In this document: one piece after another, positions 1-13,800 of the stretch | How positions within the stretch are numbered: the stretch's first letter is position 1 | Layout: each line of letters opens with the position of its first letter | Origin: Isurus oxyrinchus | Taxonomy: Eukaryota | Direction of reading: 5' to 3' | Assembly (NCBI GenBank): GCA_026770705.1 | Contig: JANJGN010000065.1 | Location: forward strand, 806,001 to 870,000 | DNA: 64,000 bases | Notes under the pieces: generated by a model | What the model was told of the DNA's origin: nothing | Databases searched by the model: none | What the model saw: only the letters and a program-made list of their open reading frames with translations | Program-made: the position numbers and the translations under genes

Positions 1-459
1 TTCATTAACCACCCTCTCAAAGTGTCTTGCCGTAATCTATGATAAATATAGATACACAGGCTCAATAGTCTGCTCGGGGACAGCTTTCAAATATGCACCA
101 TTTATCGTCTCACTGAGTTTTTTGCGAGTAAAATTAAACATTTTAATTTGCCTGTATTTAATTACATTTGCAAAGTGTTTAGGGATTGTGTGGAATCATT
201 GTAGAGTTGCTTTAAATTCGTCCGTGGGTATTAATAACAAACGAGAATTACCCCTCGGCCACAATGATGGATTTTTGCCCCACTTTACCGGTGCAACCGC
301 CCCATTAATAATTCACTCACGCGGGGTTGCTGATGGCCGCCTCCCATATGCCCAGCATGGCTACCTTGATACTTTATTACTCCATGCACCATACTTAAAT
401 TGCTGTTGTCCGCACAGTTCTGAATGTTTGCAGCTCAGGACGGCTTCACTGAAGACATG

Positions 460-694
460 GCGACAAAAGCAAAGCAGAGTGCAACTGTGGATTCAATGAC
501 GCATCCCTGAGACGCTTTTAGGACATCACCAGGCAAGCATGATGTCCTCTACGCTGTTCTGCCCATAGACTGCGCATCAGTTTCACCACCCCGGTTTGGG
601 AGCACGTGGCAGCGGCAGTCGTCTCCAGCAGTGCACACAACAGGTCGGACATCCAGTGCAGAAAAATAATAAATTATCTCACCCCTGCCACAAT
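460..694 (+). pseudogene. Myb/SANT-like DNA-binding protein remnant of the Harbinger element
   Basis: Translates to ...WEHVAAAVVSSSAHNRSDIQCRKIINYL, matching the W..VA..V......R...QCRK..N.L trihelix motif. It is followed by a GTAATT donor-like site, and upstream codons are frameshifted. Confidence 0.7.
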
Positions 695-749
695 GGTAAT
701 TCAACCATCTCATCATGATATCATGGTGATATTTTCACTGGACTGTTAT

Positions 750-1000
750 TCTAAACACCCAGTGGATTACTCTGGGACTCTGGGTTGGAATCTCAAAAAC
801 GCAGATGCTGAAATTGGAATTCAATAAAAAATCTGGACCAAAACAGTTTGATGATGAGCATGAAAGCATTCTCGTTTGTCTTAAAAACTCATGTGATTCA
901 CTAATTGCCTTTCGGGAAGGATAATTGCTTTCCTTATCTGGTTTGGCGTGCATTTTACTTCAGAGCCACAGCAATATGATTCACTCTTAAAAGCTCCATG
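750..1000 (+). mobile_element. tRNA-derived SINE remnant (HE1-like shark SINE) inserted in the Harbinger element
   Basis: Shares tgaaatt.gaattcaa.aaaaatctgga...tt.gggaagga.a...cacagcaatat...tcac blocks with the copy at 35630-35945. Confidence 0.55.
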
Positions 1001-3299
1001 ATCAAGGGTTAGGTCTTGCGCATGATTCCTACTTCTCAAGAACGAATAATTTAAAAATGTCCTAAAAAAATCCATCAGTCCTACTCTCAGCCAGCTCAAG
1101 GGACATCATCGCTCACCCACACACGCCCACAGATCACCATCTGTCTTCATCTCCTCCAGATATTTCCACACCCAAGCCCCCACCCCCCAAACCCATGTCG
1201 CCCATGGCTTCACTTAGCACACACACATGCCTGGCATCATTCCCATTTGGCATTGGCAAGTGGCTTGCTTGCAATCTCCCCATCGTTGTTTATTCAGAGC
1301 AAGATCACGGATAATCTACGGGCGGAGTACTAGACTTCTGGTGGATTCCCAGTCATCGAGCTATTCACTCTGTTCGAGATTTGCATGGTGGAGGTAGCCA
1401 GAATGGAAGGGAAGTGTCCCTGCAGCGAAATTCACATCACAGGCAAGAATCCACAGAAGGATATCGCACCAGATCATCCGGCTGTCAACGGTACACTGAG
1501 TCCACTGTTTCTCACGTAATGCGAGTGCCGGAACTAATTATCTTCAGTTACTGTCCTAGACGCATCCTCTAACGTCGCTGTCAAGCAAACTTAACGCCGA
1601 CCCAAGCACAGAAAGTACCTATGATGAGGACTCTGAGGGCAGCACCTTTGAAGATTCGTCACAGCGCCCTACCACTACTTCTAAAAGCGCAGTGACACAC
1701 ACCTCTCTGGGACATAGATGTCGAGCTCTAAATCTGGTGAGCACAGAACACAATCTATTCCACTAAAGGCAGAGACAGGGACATCCGATATCGCTGGCAC
1801 TCAATGATCTAGTGGAGGGAAGGACATTGTTGAATATAAATCAGTTGATGAGACTTTTGACTCAGTCATCAATGAGTTGTTGGAGCTTCAAAGTCAATCA
1901 CAGGAACATCATGAAGTGATTCCTGATGCAAAATGTGATATAAGACTTTGTCTGGCTTCAGCCTGAGGTGAAAGCACCGGCATGCCAACGCATCGGGGTA
2001 AACACTAGCAGAGTGACGGTCGCCTAAACATTGTTCCTGCTTTGCTGACCGGGCTGAACTCCATCGCTGATACACAGTTGGCTTTAACCTTTCTTAATGA
2101 AAGAGGGGTGGGGGGCAAATCAATTTCACTCCAGATTCCCCTTCTCCTCAATAGTCCGCCAGAGGCTGATGGACACCCTTAAGGAAGATGACCAACAGCT
2201 GGATATCCTAGGCCACTCAACAGGTTTCTGGCAATGCCCATCCCATCGAAAGCCCCTCTTCTGGTGTCACCAACATCTCCAGCTCAAAAGACTGAAAAGG
2301 ATTAATTTTTTCACATCAGAGTGCACAAAGCAGCTCGTGAAATCCCTCCTGGTCTAGGTCCTCCAGAAGGTGCCCGCCAAAGGCATCACAGGCAATTTGA
2401 TGTAACAGTCAGCAGACTGCCCACACGTCCAATGTGCACATCGGGGGAGCACCAAGACATAGCAACAGGGTTATGATTGTAAAGAATATGTTGTAGCACC
2501 ATGTGGGCATCGGTGTACATAATGTTTGGTATTGTAAATAAAGTCTCAAGAATGTCTAATTCTCTTGCTGCACGTTGGGATGAAGTGTTTTGGCATTCAG
2601 ATGTGCAAACCTGGTTCCTGAAGATGAAGGGAAGTGTCTTACTCCTCAGCCTCTTCCCTGTGCAGTCTCTTCAGATCAACTAATCATCCGGCTTCACACT
2701 CAATTGACACATTCGTGACAGCTGCACATCGATCATATATGTTATTCTAGTCAGAATGTCATCGGCAGGAATCACAGACTTTCATCATTATCCCTGTGTG
2801 CTGTCAGAGCCTTTGAGGTGGGTTTGGCCTCCAATCTCTTCAGCATCAGCGTCCGGTGACGGAGCAGTTCTGACAAAAAAGTGTGATATTGGCTGCCAAA
2901 GGATCAGGTGCTGTTAAAGTAGCACCGCTGAACACACATGATATGAGACTGATCACAGAATGTAAGCAATCTGCCCTCGGCCAGACAGGAGTCAGACGTC
3001 TACTGAAGAAATGTGAAAAGTAGTGGAGTCTCCTCATGGCATGTTTTTATGATCCTCCTGAAACCTATCTAATAATTGTGGCCTCCAGTGGCACTCCAAG
3101 GCAAGTCCCTGAACACTGAATGTGCATTGCCATCAGCCTGGTGCCAAACTTGCACCGATGCAAGGATTTGTTTTTCCATCGCCTATCAGAAATTGCCATT
3201 GCCGGCTATGTTTCAAGCCAGATACCAGCACTGACCTCCCTGCATCTCGTCATCATTCTTCACGAAACAGGTGGCCATTGAAGCCTCATCAAATTGTCT

Positions 3300-4330
3300 G
3301 CCTTGCCTGGCCAGTGCTATAGCCTCAGTGCTGCCAACCTCGGCTTCGGGAACTCATCACTCTCATCCTTTTCGACGCCCTCCTCGTGAAGGAGACGTGC
3401 AGTTCGTTCATCTCCTCCACATGCAGGTCTTCTGCCCAGTGCAGCACCAGGTTGTGCAGCGCCAATCAGCTGTGATGATGCGACACCCTCTGGGAGATGA
3501 ATTACATGCCACACAGCTTGCAGAGATACCAGACCCTCAATGTCCTTATGTCTATTGTTTGTTCCACCAACGTCTGATTTATGGCAAAACCTCATTATAC
3601 TATGTCGCTGTTACAGCTTGAGGCTGGCACACGAGCTTGGTCAGCCACGTGAGTCGCCCTTGTCCCCGAGGAGCCAGCACTGCAGCTTCTCTAGACACTT
3701 GAGGATGTTGGGATCTGCGGCCGGCAAATTATTTTTTGTTTATGAACACGCTGTGGGAATCATTTGGGGAGCTGGAGGATACACTTGTTGAGGTTGCAAA
3801 GCAGCTGTGTGTACACTAACTGGGGGCCCTTGTGGTTGATGTCGTTGGATGTTTGTTGCCACAGAGAGCTAGGCACCGCATGAGTGCGCGCGATGGCACC
3901 ATGCAACTGTAGAAAATCAGAGGTTGCCAGAAGACCTAGCACTCTAAATGAAAACTTCCTGCCTTGCCTGACCCCGGTCAAAATGTAATAAGTTCTGGGC
4001 CTTCAGAAGAAGATGTCCACGATCGCATGAAAGGCCCTGTGAGAGAAGGCTTGTGAGATCGCGCACAGGTCACCTGGGGAACTAATTTTGTGTTACATCA
4101 CGTTCCTGGTCACTGACAGTAGATGTCCTCCATGTCCCCATGGCTCTATATCGTGCAGTAGATGAGTTATGTGACCGACAATTCCCTAGAAATCTGCACT
4201 CTCTGGCGACACTGGTTCTTAGCCATATGCAGAAATGGCAGGAGCCATCTATGGGCCTTGGGTCTAGTGAGGCACCTAAGAGCGACGGCCCACTGTGGAT
4301 CTTTAGCTGCATGTGCAGGATGCCCTGCCA
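3300..4330 (-). pseudogene. HARBI1-like DDE nuclease (transposase) remnant
   Basis: Minus-strand fragments GDLCAISQAFSHRAF (cf. GDL.GISQS.AHRCI), FLQLHGAIARTHAV (cf. FP.V.GAIDCTHV) and RYNEV. Many stops and frameshifts. Confidence 0.75.
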
Positions 4331-5879
4331 CACTTTCATTGTGAGGTTAGTTTTCAACTCATTTGCGAGCCAGGCACTCTTTCCTTTGTTCTCTGCTCCC
4401 TGTAAGCAATGAAACACAGTAGTAGCTCAACCGGCTGCACGATCCTGATGTCTGCTCCTGCAGGATCAGAAAGAGAGACGCTTGGGTTAGCATATTTGTC
4501 CAAAGTACATCTCTTGGTGAAGACAAAAGGCCACTTGGCGCTTGCCAGGAAGTGCCAGGCACCACCTCAAAAGCCAGTGCACTTCATGATTGTTCAAAAC
4601 ACCGCCTATTTCATTGCCAACTCTCTTGACCTATTGTCAGCAGTTTGTCTTCTGGAATTCATGCTGCACTCTCAGCTCAAAGCGGGCATCCACCTAACAC
4701 CACAGCAAGGCTATTTTGCTCAATTAAACCATGAAGGGAACTGCTCCAATTCTGAATAACCACATATCAAGGACTGTAAGTGAGGTGGCCGCATTTCACA
4801 AGGGGCGTGAACAATTTGCCCAGTCGTCCAATTGCAGCATCCTAAAACACTGATTAATTGGCAATGCGTGCTCGACAGATGAGAGGCTCTAGACAATTTG
4901 GTGGCACATTCATGCTTTTCCGTTGTTTGAGTGAGCAGACATGTTTCAGAACCTTACTCCAAACATATCAATGAAGTTGCTGCTGAACCATCCCACCTTT
5001 GCAGCAAAGCTCAATTTTGACAAGATTTTTGACACCTGGCCTGTGGCTGCGAGCATCCATCCGTCTTTGCTATTTTGCTCCCCACCTATCAGCCCACCTA
5101 CACCGGATCCCGTGCCCCAGCACTGCACTAAAAGCCAGCTGGGTATCAGTGACTTGCAGGTTCCCTCCCCACCACCCATGCCCTCCCCGGGACTCCAACA
5201 GAGTGTGCATTGCCTCTTCCTAAATGCCCTACGGGCGAGGCTTCTGAGAACTGCACAAGGTTGTTGCACTTACCTTCGAGGACTCTAAAACTTCAAGTCG
5301 CCAGATGCACGCCTGTAAAGATAATCGCATATCATGACATTCTGAAGTCACATTGATGTGGGAGGTAGAATTAACGTGGATAGATGATTCCAGCCCCCGG
5401 CACAGTATTAAAATACCAAAATTTATGGCCCCTTCATGGCTGGGAAGGTGGTGCAAATGCGGGGAGCCATTCCAGACTTCAGTGGCTACGGCTGACCGTA
5501 GCATCCTGCTGGAATCAAATTCCACATTTTGTTTCTTACATTCGATTGCGGGAAGTGAAGCCCGTCATTACCTGTTGCAGAGGCTATTCAAAAACTGTTT
5601 TTTCACGAAAGTGCAACTCCTACGTTTGGACTTGCCACTATATTGCCCATTCACGCCCGCCATGACGCCCGCCAAACAAAGAGACAAGGAAATTCCGCCC
5701 ATTGACACTTAGAATATTCCTACATGAAAGACAAGAAAAATAAAATAAAAAAAAAATAGGAAATCAAGGGGAAGAAGGAAGGGTGTGACTTGTAGAAATA
5801 TTTAAAACTAGAAGACAAAATACGTAGAAACATAACAGTAAAACTGGCAACCAATGTTCTTAATCTGATGCTTTGCAAC

Positions 5880-6720
5880 CCACTGCTTTCAGAATAGTGG
5901 CTACAGAAATAAATGGTTGGTTGCTGCAAATATTCTGAAATTCCAAAATCTGGAAATGTCACACTGGGTTGTAACATGCTGAATGTAACACTTCTATTGC
6001 ATAGGGTAGTGGACGAAAGCAACAAATTCTAGAGCAGTGAGCCAAACCTCTCTCACTGGGAAAACACTGGAATCCATGATTAATGATGGAGCAGCAGTTA
6101 ATTTCGGAAATTATAGTACGAAAAGAGTGAACATGATTTTTTGAAGGAAAAATAGTCTTAGACAAATTTATTCTTATATTCTCAGTTGTATGCAGCAGGG
6201 TGGATACACGGGGCAGCAGTAGATCTACTTTATTTGGTTTACAGAAAGAAAACGATATGATGCTGTGTAATACACAATCTTACCACAAATCATTCATGGA
6301 GTCGGGGAGAACGCATTATTATATATGGGGGAATGGTAAACAAAACTAAAGTGAGTCAGGATAAATGCTTCATTTTCAGCTTGACACTCGGTAACTAGTG
6401 GAGTGGCATGGGGCTCAATTGTGCAGCCTGACCTATTTCCAAACTCTCCAAATTTGTTCTATGAAACGGCGAGTAAGCTGTACACAAAATTTCTAACCAT
6501 GCCAAGAGAGCTGGGAAATAAATTTGCTAGGAATATACAAACAAGCCTGGAAAGTAGTTTAGAGATGTTAGCTGAAGACTTTTGACACGCACTGTACAAT
6601 TTTGGCATGTACTGTACAAAGTGGGAAAATGTCAGGATTTCCATTTTGTTCACAAGGATATCAAAGCAGGGTATTACTTAAATAAAAAGAGATTTTGGAA
6701 AGCTGTTATGTAGGAGGACC
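5880..6720 (+). mobile_element. Old CR1 LINE ORF2 (RT) fragment
   Basis: Decayed similarity to the younger CR1 at 52095-53380 (gtagatctactttatttgg..tacagaaag; gtaactagtggagtggcatggggctca). Confidence 0.6.
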
Positions 6721-6799
6721 TCTTTGCCAAAAAGGGTCAGGAGCACGTTATAAGGCGTTAGGTATATGGGGCAGCTATTTCATCCCCTACTCTTGCATA

Positions 6800-7420
6800 T
6801 GGAGAGGCTTGGGAGAAAGCAAATGAGATGTTTTATGTGGAAGAAATAACGAACAAACACGGAACATGTGGCAGGGGTGGGGGAAGATCTTATTAGTGAT
6901 CTAAGTGGACATGGTGGAAATTGTGGACGATAAAGTGCAGAAAGTGGAGATGATTGGGATAGAAGATGAGAATAAGGGGAAACATATCTTTCTGTTGGAA
7001 AGGAGGGGAAGACAGTGAGGGGAGAAATTTGGGAAAAGGAGCAGCCTTTACCGAGGCATCAGACAATTAAAATATGGGTTAAGTAATGCTGATTTTAAAG
7101 GAAGGCACAACTGAAGATTTGTTATGGGCAGTGACATCTGAACATTTGCAAAGGTGAAGGGAGAATTGTGCCTTGTTTACTGGAAATGGGGTCAAACGAA
7201 CAGTTCTCAATTTAACATTCTGATTTCGTAGTTCATAGAAAATATTAACGCTGAGAATAATCCCTGAAATTCAGATGGAAAGGTAATCAAAATAAAGGTA
7301 GGTTCACAGGTGGCCCGTTTGCAGGCGTGGGGTGGTCAGAAAATAGATGCAAAATTGTTTACTCTGTCAAGATCATCCTTAAAGAAGGAACTGTTACAAA
7401 AAGAATCATCAACAACCTAT
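6800..7420 (-). mobile_element. Old Penelope-like element fragment
   Basis: Purine-rich decayed sequence resembling the reverse complement of the RT C-terminal/linker part of the Penelope remnant at 28650-29350. Confidence 0.45.
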
Positions 7421-7859
7421 CGAATGAAGTGTTGAACTAGGAAAGCTATACAACTCACATTCCGTGAGAGATGGACAAATATTTCAAATCCTGTCCTTTG
7501 CCTCCAGTTCTAGGTCCCACAATTTAATTTTGAGAAACTTGAAGAGAGTGCAGTCGAGGTTAAAGGGGATTATTTTCCCCCATTAGCTGTCCGACTTTGG
7601 TAGCGATTCAAGCGGAAGCAAACAGAATAACTGACGGAAGATACATTACGCCAAATAAAGATGAGGAAACAAGGGAGTGAGTTTTGCTGAACTGCTCTTG
7701 CTGGCAACTGGCATTGGCAAGACAGGTGAAATGGCCGACTGCCTTTTTAAAAACATTTCACCTATCTATTTATTAATTTATTTTTTGCATCTATGAATTG
7801 TTCTACTGAATTCCCACAGGTAGGTAGAGCGGCCAATTACACGTGTACAGGGGAAAAGC

Positions 7860-8010
7860 ATTGGGTGTGGGCGTCGCTGGCTAGGCCAGCATTTATTGTG
7901 CACCCCTACTTAAAGGGTCAACACATTTCTGGAGGTCTGGGTTCACATGCAGGCAGATTTCCCTCCCTAAAGGACATTCGTGAAACAGATGAAAATAAAA
8001 ATCCACAATG
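7860..8010 (-). mobile_element. SINE/LINE 3'-tail fragment (HE1-like)
   Basis: tgtgggcgtcgctggctaggccagcatttattg...tcacatg.agg...tccctaaaggaca.t.gtgaaaca matches 63500-63770 and the reverse complement of 35630-35945. Confidence 0.55.
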
Positions 8011-9106
8011 CTTTTGTGGACATTTAATGCAGTGCTGCACCTGTCAAATACGACCATGTTTTTCCTGTGGGACCTGTCATTGTATGAATGTATTCAATGC
8101 GGGGCATCATATTACACTTGCTGTAAGTAGAGCTGATGACGATGATTCTGGGTGCTGAATAATCTCCATCGCTGTACACAGTCCCAAGAGCCACTGGGAA
8201 ATTAGAATAATGTTTTAATGAATAATATTTCCATTATGATTATAATTAGCTAATACCCAATTGCAGGTTTTACAGCACAGTAACGAGGCTCTCAGCCAAT
8301 CTTCCTGCTGGAGACAAACCCTACCCTTCTGCAGGTCATCGGAGACTATCAGTATAATCTTCGATTCCTGTTTCCCTCATACTCAATTAACTTCATCGTA
8401 AATATCATCTCATCCACTCCACGTGGTCGCAATTCCATATTCTCAACGACATTAAAGTATATCATTCTCTTTTCAGTATTTTCATGGATTTATTGCCGAC
8501 TGCCCTGCATTGAGGTGAATGAGAATTGGACACACACACATGTGTCACAACTATCCTATCCTCATTAGCCTCTGTTAATTTAATGGCCTCCATTCAATAG
8601 CCCATAAGCATTCTCTTATCCACAGGATTAAGGCATAACAATTTCCACAATGCTAATCTGTTTGTTTCCGTATTACCTTTGGACAGAATGTCGGCAGCTG
8701 ATACATGGAGTTGTGATTCTGTTATGATCGGCCAGAACCTAACATATGTGTGAAATTCGCTATTACCTCCATTCTATAAACAAACATATGTTTTAGTTCT
8801 TTTAGTGATCTTCCAGTTGAATTGAATGCCTGCTTTCTAATCGCATGTGCACCAACTCCATAAATACCCTTCTATACATAATAATGTGATACATCTTTAG
8901 CTCCGGTACCCAAATTACGTGGAGTGGTCTGAGACAAATGTGAGTCTCCTGTATGAGGGCATTGCTCACACCTGAATGATGAGTTTCCTGCAGAAGGCTG
9001 TGATCCCAAACTGGGATGACTCTTTACACTGAGAGTTGTCGGAGATCACATAACGATGTCCAGTATACCCATTTTGGTTACTCGTGAACAACATTTAAGA
9101 TGTCAA

Positions 9107-9364
9107 AACAAAACTGCGGATGCTGGAAATCCAAAACAAAAACAGAATTACCTGGAAAAACTCAGCAGGTCTGGCAGCATCGGCGGAGAAGAAAAGAGTT
9201 GACGTTTCGATTCTTCATGACCCTTCGACAGAACTTGATTAATGACTATCCTTTCAATTTGGCTCCTTTGCAATGCTTATTATTTCTGTAGGCTTACAGG
9301 CTTTCATCTAACATGTCTCAAATCAAGTTCTGTCGAAGGGTCATGAAGACTCGAAACGTCAACT
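9107..9364. mobile_element. Fold-back Penelope-like 3'-end insertion with captured local DNA
   Basis: Reverse arm ~9107-9240, 79-bp filler 9241-9319, forward arm 9320-9364. Perfect 15-bp TSD catttaagatgtcaa at 9092-9106 and 9365-9379. Confidence 0.85.
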
Positions 9365-10069
9365 CATTTAAGATGTCAACCTGGCTCCTGGAAGTAATCT
9401 GTTGCTTGGCTCAGAAACATATTTGTTACACCTGGTTTGGATGCTGGCTGAAGTCACGGTCGAGTTAAGCCTAACCACTGCCTTGCTACCAAATTCGTGC
9501 TGCTAAAATCCAATCTACCTGGACTCGGAAACGGAAAGAGTTCATCAGTAACCGCCCATCTCCGTCAATTGTGATCTTGTCCTATGGAAAGTGCCGCCTC
9601 TCCACCAGCGATACTTGCTACGCTGTGGTAATGGCACAAACAGAAGCCCTCATCATTATTTCAGTGGTTATGCTAAACCGAATCAATGATTATAGTGTCC
9701 CGCTCAATTTCCTGAAAATTACGCGTGTGCAGTGTTCGCTACACCTTGTTTCTTGCAACCACAGACTGTACTGCTTGGTTAACTGTCACTTTCAATTTTG
9801 ATCGATTCGATGTCATATGTTGCCAGAAGTTGAAATCTCAATATTGGACCAGATAAACTGCGGCTGTCGGTCTAGAAGCAGATAGCATTCCGTCCTGCTT
9901 AAAATAATCTTTCCAACCTAGGTTAGGTTTAACTATTATTGTTATCGGCAGCTCAGTTTGCCGTTGTTCTAAAAATCCAAGCTACTTTAATGATGCATGA
10001 TCGGTTGCTTTTATGATCTTCGAAAAAAAAACCGTATTGCTTCCAATCGGGTTCATTCCATTGTTCAAC

Positions 10070-10819
10070 TGTTATAAAGCATTTGGTTAATACCTTTATT
10101 TGAAACCCCAGAGGTAAAATGTATACAACTACCATAGCCTATACATTCAATTGGTATGTTGAATATGCATCTTTGATTTCGGAAATGAACCCACGAAGCC
10201 CCAAGAGGTGTGGATATCAAACTAAATTATATATTTATTTATTTACAACAGGTTATGAAATACATACATATGTCTACAAATTACAACTATCACAATTTCT
10301 AAACAAATTCCCAAATTAATCTCCACTAAGGCACCTGTAATCAATAGACTTAACCAGACACCAGGTAAAGCATTTTCACCTTATTGTATCAAAATGACTA
10401 TCCTTTCAATTTGGCTCCTTTGCAATGCTTATTATTTCTGTAGGCTTACAGGCTTTCATCTTACATGTCTCTGCAAAGCACACAGATACCGTTCTCTAAT
10501 AACGATCCTTTCCTTTTGAATGTAAATTTCCATTGATTCACCAGGTCCTTTGATCCCCTATCATTGTATTAGCTTTATTAATAACATAAGCATTGCTTGG
10601 CATCTCCTAGCTGCGTGCAAGAATACACACCCATTCCTGAATGCTCCATTCAACAAAATCTAAATGAACACTCTACCTCTACTTACGGCTCAAAAATTAC
10701 TATACATAAAAGTACCTAGACGAGTTGTCTTTAATCCAGTTAAAATTCGCATTGGCCAAACATCTACTAACAAAGAAAATTTCCAATATTATTATCTGCA
10801 TGAATATCACTTCCTGACA
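10070..10819 (-). repeat. 3' LTR of the Gmr1-like Gypsy element
   Basis: On minus it begins TGTCAGGAAG and ends ...TATAACA. It is preceded on minus by a purine tract (AGGAATGGGGA, 10820-10830) and is homologous to 20284-20948 and 31680-32427. Confidence 0.7.
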
Positions 10820-13800
10820 TCCCCATTCCTATCGAAAAATGAACAGTCAGCATCCTAAAGGAAGTTTCCATTTTTTTAATAAACCATCTCACACTATGTC
10901 CCATACTTATTAGCCTATAATATTACCAGACGCATGCATTAAAATAAGGCACCGTTCCATTGAAATGACCATGTTTTTGAAAATCCACAATTTTCCTTTA
11001 AGATTAAAACGCAGGTCCTCCACATGTATAATCCGTAGAATAAATGGTTGTAATAATAATCTCTTCGTACAAGGTCTTGCACTTTTATCACAAAATTTCT
11101 CCAAATCTTCATGGGATTGTGGTCTAGATAAATAATTGTTTCCAATGAATTGCTTGCAACATAAATTTCAAAATGCTGCGTTGCCAGCATTATTGAACTC
11201 TATTTCTATCGTTGACTATCGGCTATGTTGCACGTCCAGCTCCTGTGAAAAAAATATCCTACCGATTTTACAATTCCAATGTTATAAAGTTGTAAACGTA
11301 CAGCCATTGTGCCTATATCGCTTGCATCAATGGCGAACATAAAGTGGCATAATTGGGTACTTCCAAACTTGATGTCATAGTTAACACGTAGCTTTCGAAC
11401 TACTCAATGACTTCTGACACACCAATGTCCATTGAAATTTCCTGTTCATTTATGATAATTCAGCCAGTGGAGCAACCACTCGGCTAAAATGTGACATAAA
11501 TTTACCGTAAAACCCACTCATGCCCAGAAATATCATAAATTCTTGTTTTGTCGGAGGTACTGGGAAATCCCGATATCCTTGACGTTCACATTACCTGAGA
11601 GCAACCTTACGATTTCCAATGATATGTCCTGGATGCTTAACCTGCACTTTTGCAAAATCACTTTTAGCCGAGTTCAACGCCAAGTGAGCTTCTTATATTC
11701 GAGTAAATATGTTTTCCAGAGGGGGTGAATGTTCTAAATACAAACGTTTAGATCATCAATAAAAACAACACAATTGCTTAGACCCGCAATTAATTTGTTT
11801 GTCATTCTTTAAAATGTCACGTGTGTATACTTCATAACAAATGGCATGACCTTAAACTGGTGTAGTTCACTTGATGTTACAAAGGCTCATATCCCTATTG
11901 CTCTCTCTGACAAAGGTTGCTGCCACTTTACTTTAGCAAGCCAAGCTGTGTGATAAATTTCGATTGCCCTACTTTCTTAATACAATCTTCCAACCGTCGT
12001 GTAGGATATGAATCCGTTTTTGTCACCACATTCATCTCTCCATAGTCCAGAGAGAGTCATAGTTCTCCAACTGGGTTCTGTACCAATGGATTAGGTGCAC
12101 TCCATTTAGTGCAACTAGACTCACATATATAGCTTTGAAGCACAAAAGTAAGATATTTTTTGTATTTGAGATAACTTTGTCGGATTTAATCTATAAGGAT
12201 GTTGCCTGATTGAAGAAAGAACTTGCACTGAGGCATTAAATATAGCAAAATGCATGTTTCCCAAATTCTTTCCACAAATACACATCTGTTACTGCAAAAT
12301 AATTTCCAAACCACTTTGACACTTGTTTGGAACGTAACTAAATAGTTCATTAAAACTTTCAAGCACCCCCTCATTTTCTAATTCGATTAGAGGAAATTTA
12401 ATTGCAGAGACCTGCAGTTCTAATTGTTCTTCTTCGGTCACCATCAAAAATAGCTCTTTTTGTTCCTCTTCCCTGTGAAAGCACGTTTGAAGCATATTTT
12501 CGTGTCCGACCCTCTGCTTTTTGGTTATATCTGGAGTATGTATTAAATAATTTCCTTCAATCAATTTCTTTCCGATCCTGTAAGGCCCAGTAAATCGTCC
12601 ATTTAATGAATCAGTTCGCAATTGTAACTGAACTAGCACTTTCTCTCCAGAAGAAAAACTGTGTGGTTTAGCCTGCTTATTGGCCTTCACTTTCGTCAAT
12701 TGCTGTGATATGTTCAAATGTTTCCTCGCCAACTCACATGCTCTGTTCAATCTTTCCCTGAAATCTTATGTAATCCAGAAAAATATCTTTTGTATTTGAC
12801 CCATCAATTTTTCATGAATCAGCTTCAGTTGCCCCTTACCTTAGAGGCATACATTAGTTAAAAAGGGCTGAAACCAGTCGATGCATTTGGAGCGTCTCTA
12901 ATAGCAAGTAAAAGGAATGGAATTCCTGCATTCCAATCCTGTGGATAATTCTCACAATATGCCGTTCTCATTGTCTTTAGAGTTTGAAGCCATCTCTCAA
13001 AAGTTCCCCGTGATCCCGGAACTTAACTGTTGACTTAAACTGTTGAATCCCCAAATTGTTCATTTTTTTCACGAAAGAGCTGCGAAATTAAATTTGAAGA
13101 CTTATCTGATCGCTTTTTTTACCTACACCCTACACCATAACATGCAAAAATAAAAAGTCCTCCACAATCCTCTGAGTTGAAATATTTCACAATCGTTTCA
13201 GGAAATCTCGTAGATACATTGATTGTTGTCAGAAAATACTGATTTCCACTTTTGAACTTAGAAAAGGGTCCTACAAAATCAATTGTAGCCCATGTAAAAG
13301 GTTATTCAAACGGTGGTATAGGGATTAAACGCACGGCTTTAATCACTGCTTGACATTTATAACAGGTTCTACAGAATTTTAATACATCCCTATGCAAACT
13401 GGGCAAAAATGTAAAGGCAATGGTTCGTTCCCTGTGTTTTCCTAGTTCCTAAATTTCCACACATTGGAATTTGGTGACATTCCTCAGAATCTCGTTTTCT
13501 TTTACCCAACTGGGATGATAACCTGATGAACTTCAATGCAGTCTTCATTTGCTAAGAAATAATCCGACTTCTGCTTTTACATTTAGATATCTCCCTAAAG
13601 ATAATAACATATTGGAGTACAGTTTGCGTCTCTTTCTGCATAGACTTTCTGATATAACTCCTTTATTTGTAAATCCTTTATTCTGTAACTTCACTAACTT
13701 CGTTGAGTTAAACACCTCTGTTTAACGGTCCTGCCTTCTTTCCTCCAGAAACATGATATCAAATACAGTGTCAACTAATTCGATTTGGACATCTTTTAGC

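Larger units (their letters stand above)
1..5700. mobile_element. Decayed PIF/Harbinger DNA transposon (left end probably outside the window)
   Basis: Contains convergent Myb/SANT-like (+) and HARBI1-like nuclease (-) remnants, the canonical two-gene Harbinger layout. Ends in a TIR-like ggaaattccgccc (5688-5700; GGGCGGAATTTCC on minus). Confidence 0.75.

Noticed and set aside
8720-9055. Possible small solo LTR (tgttatgatc...gatcacataacg)
   Set aside because: Only imperfect terminal inverted words, with no second copy or clear TSD in the window.
9107-9364. Interpretation as a CRISPR-like repeat-spacer unit or a cut-and-paste MITE
   Set aside because: The context is eukaryotic, the arms are inverted and unequal, they derive from a Penelope 3' end, and TSD length varies between copies (13-15 bp).
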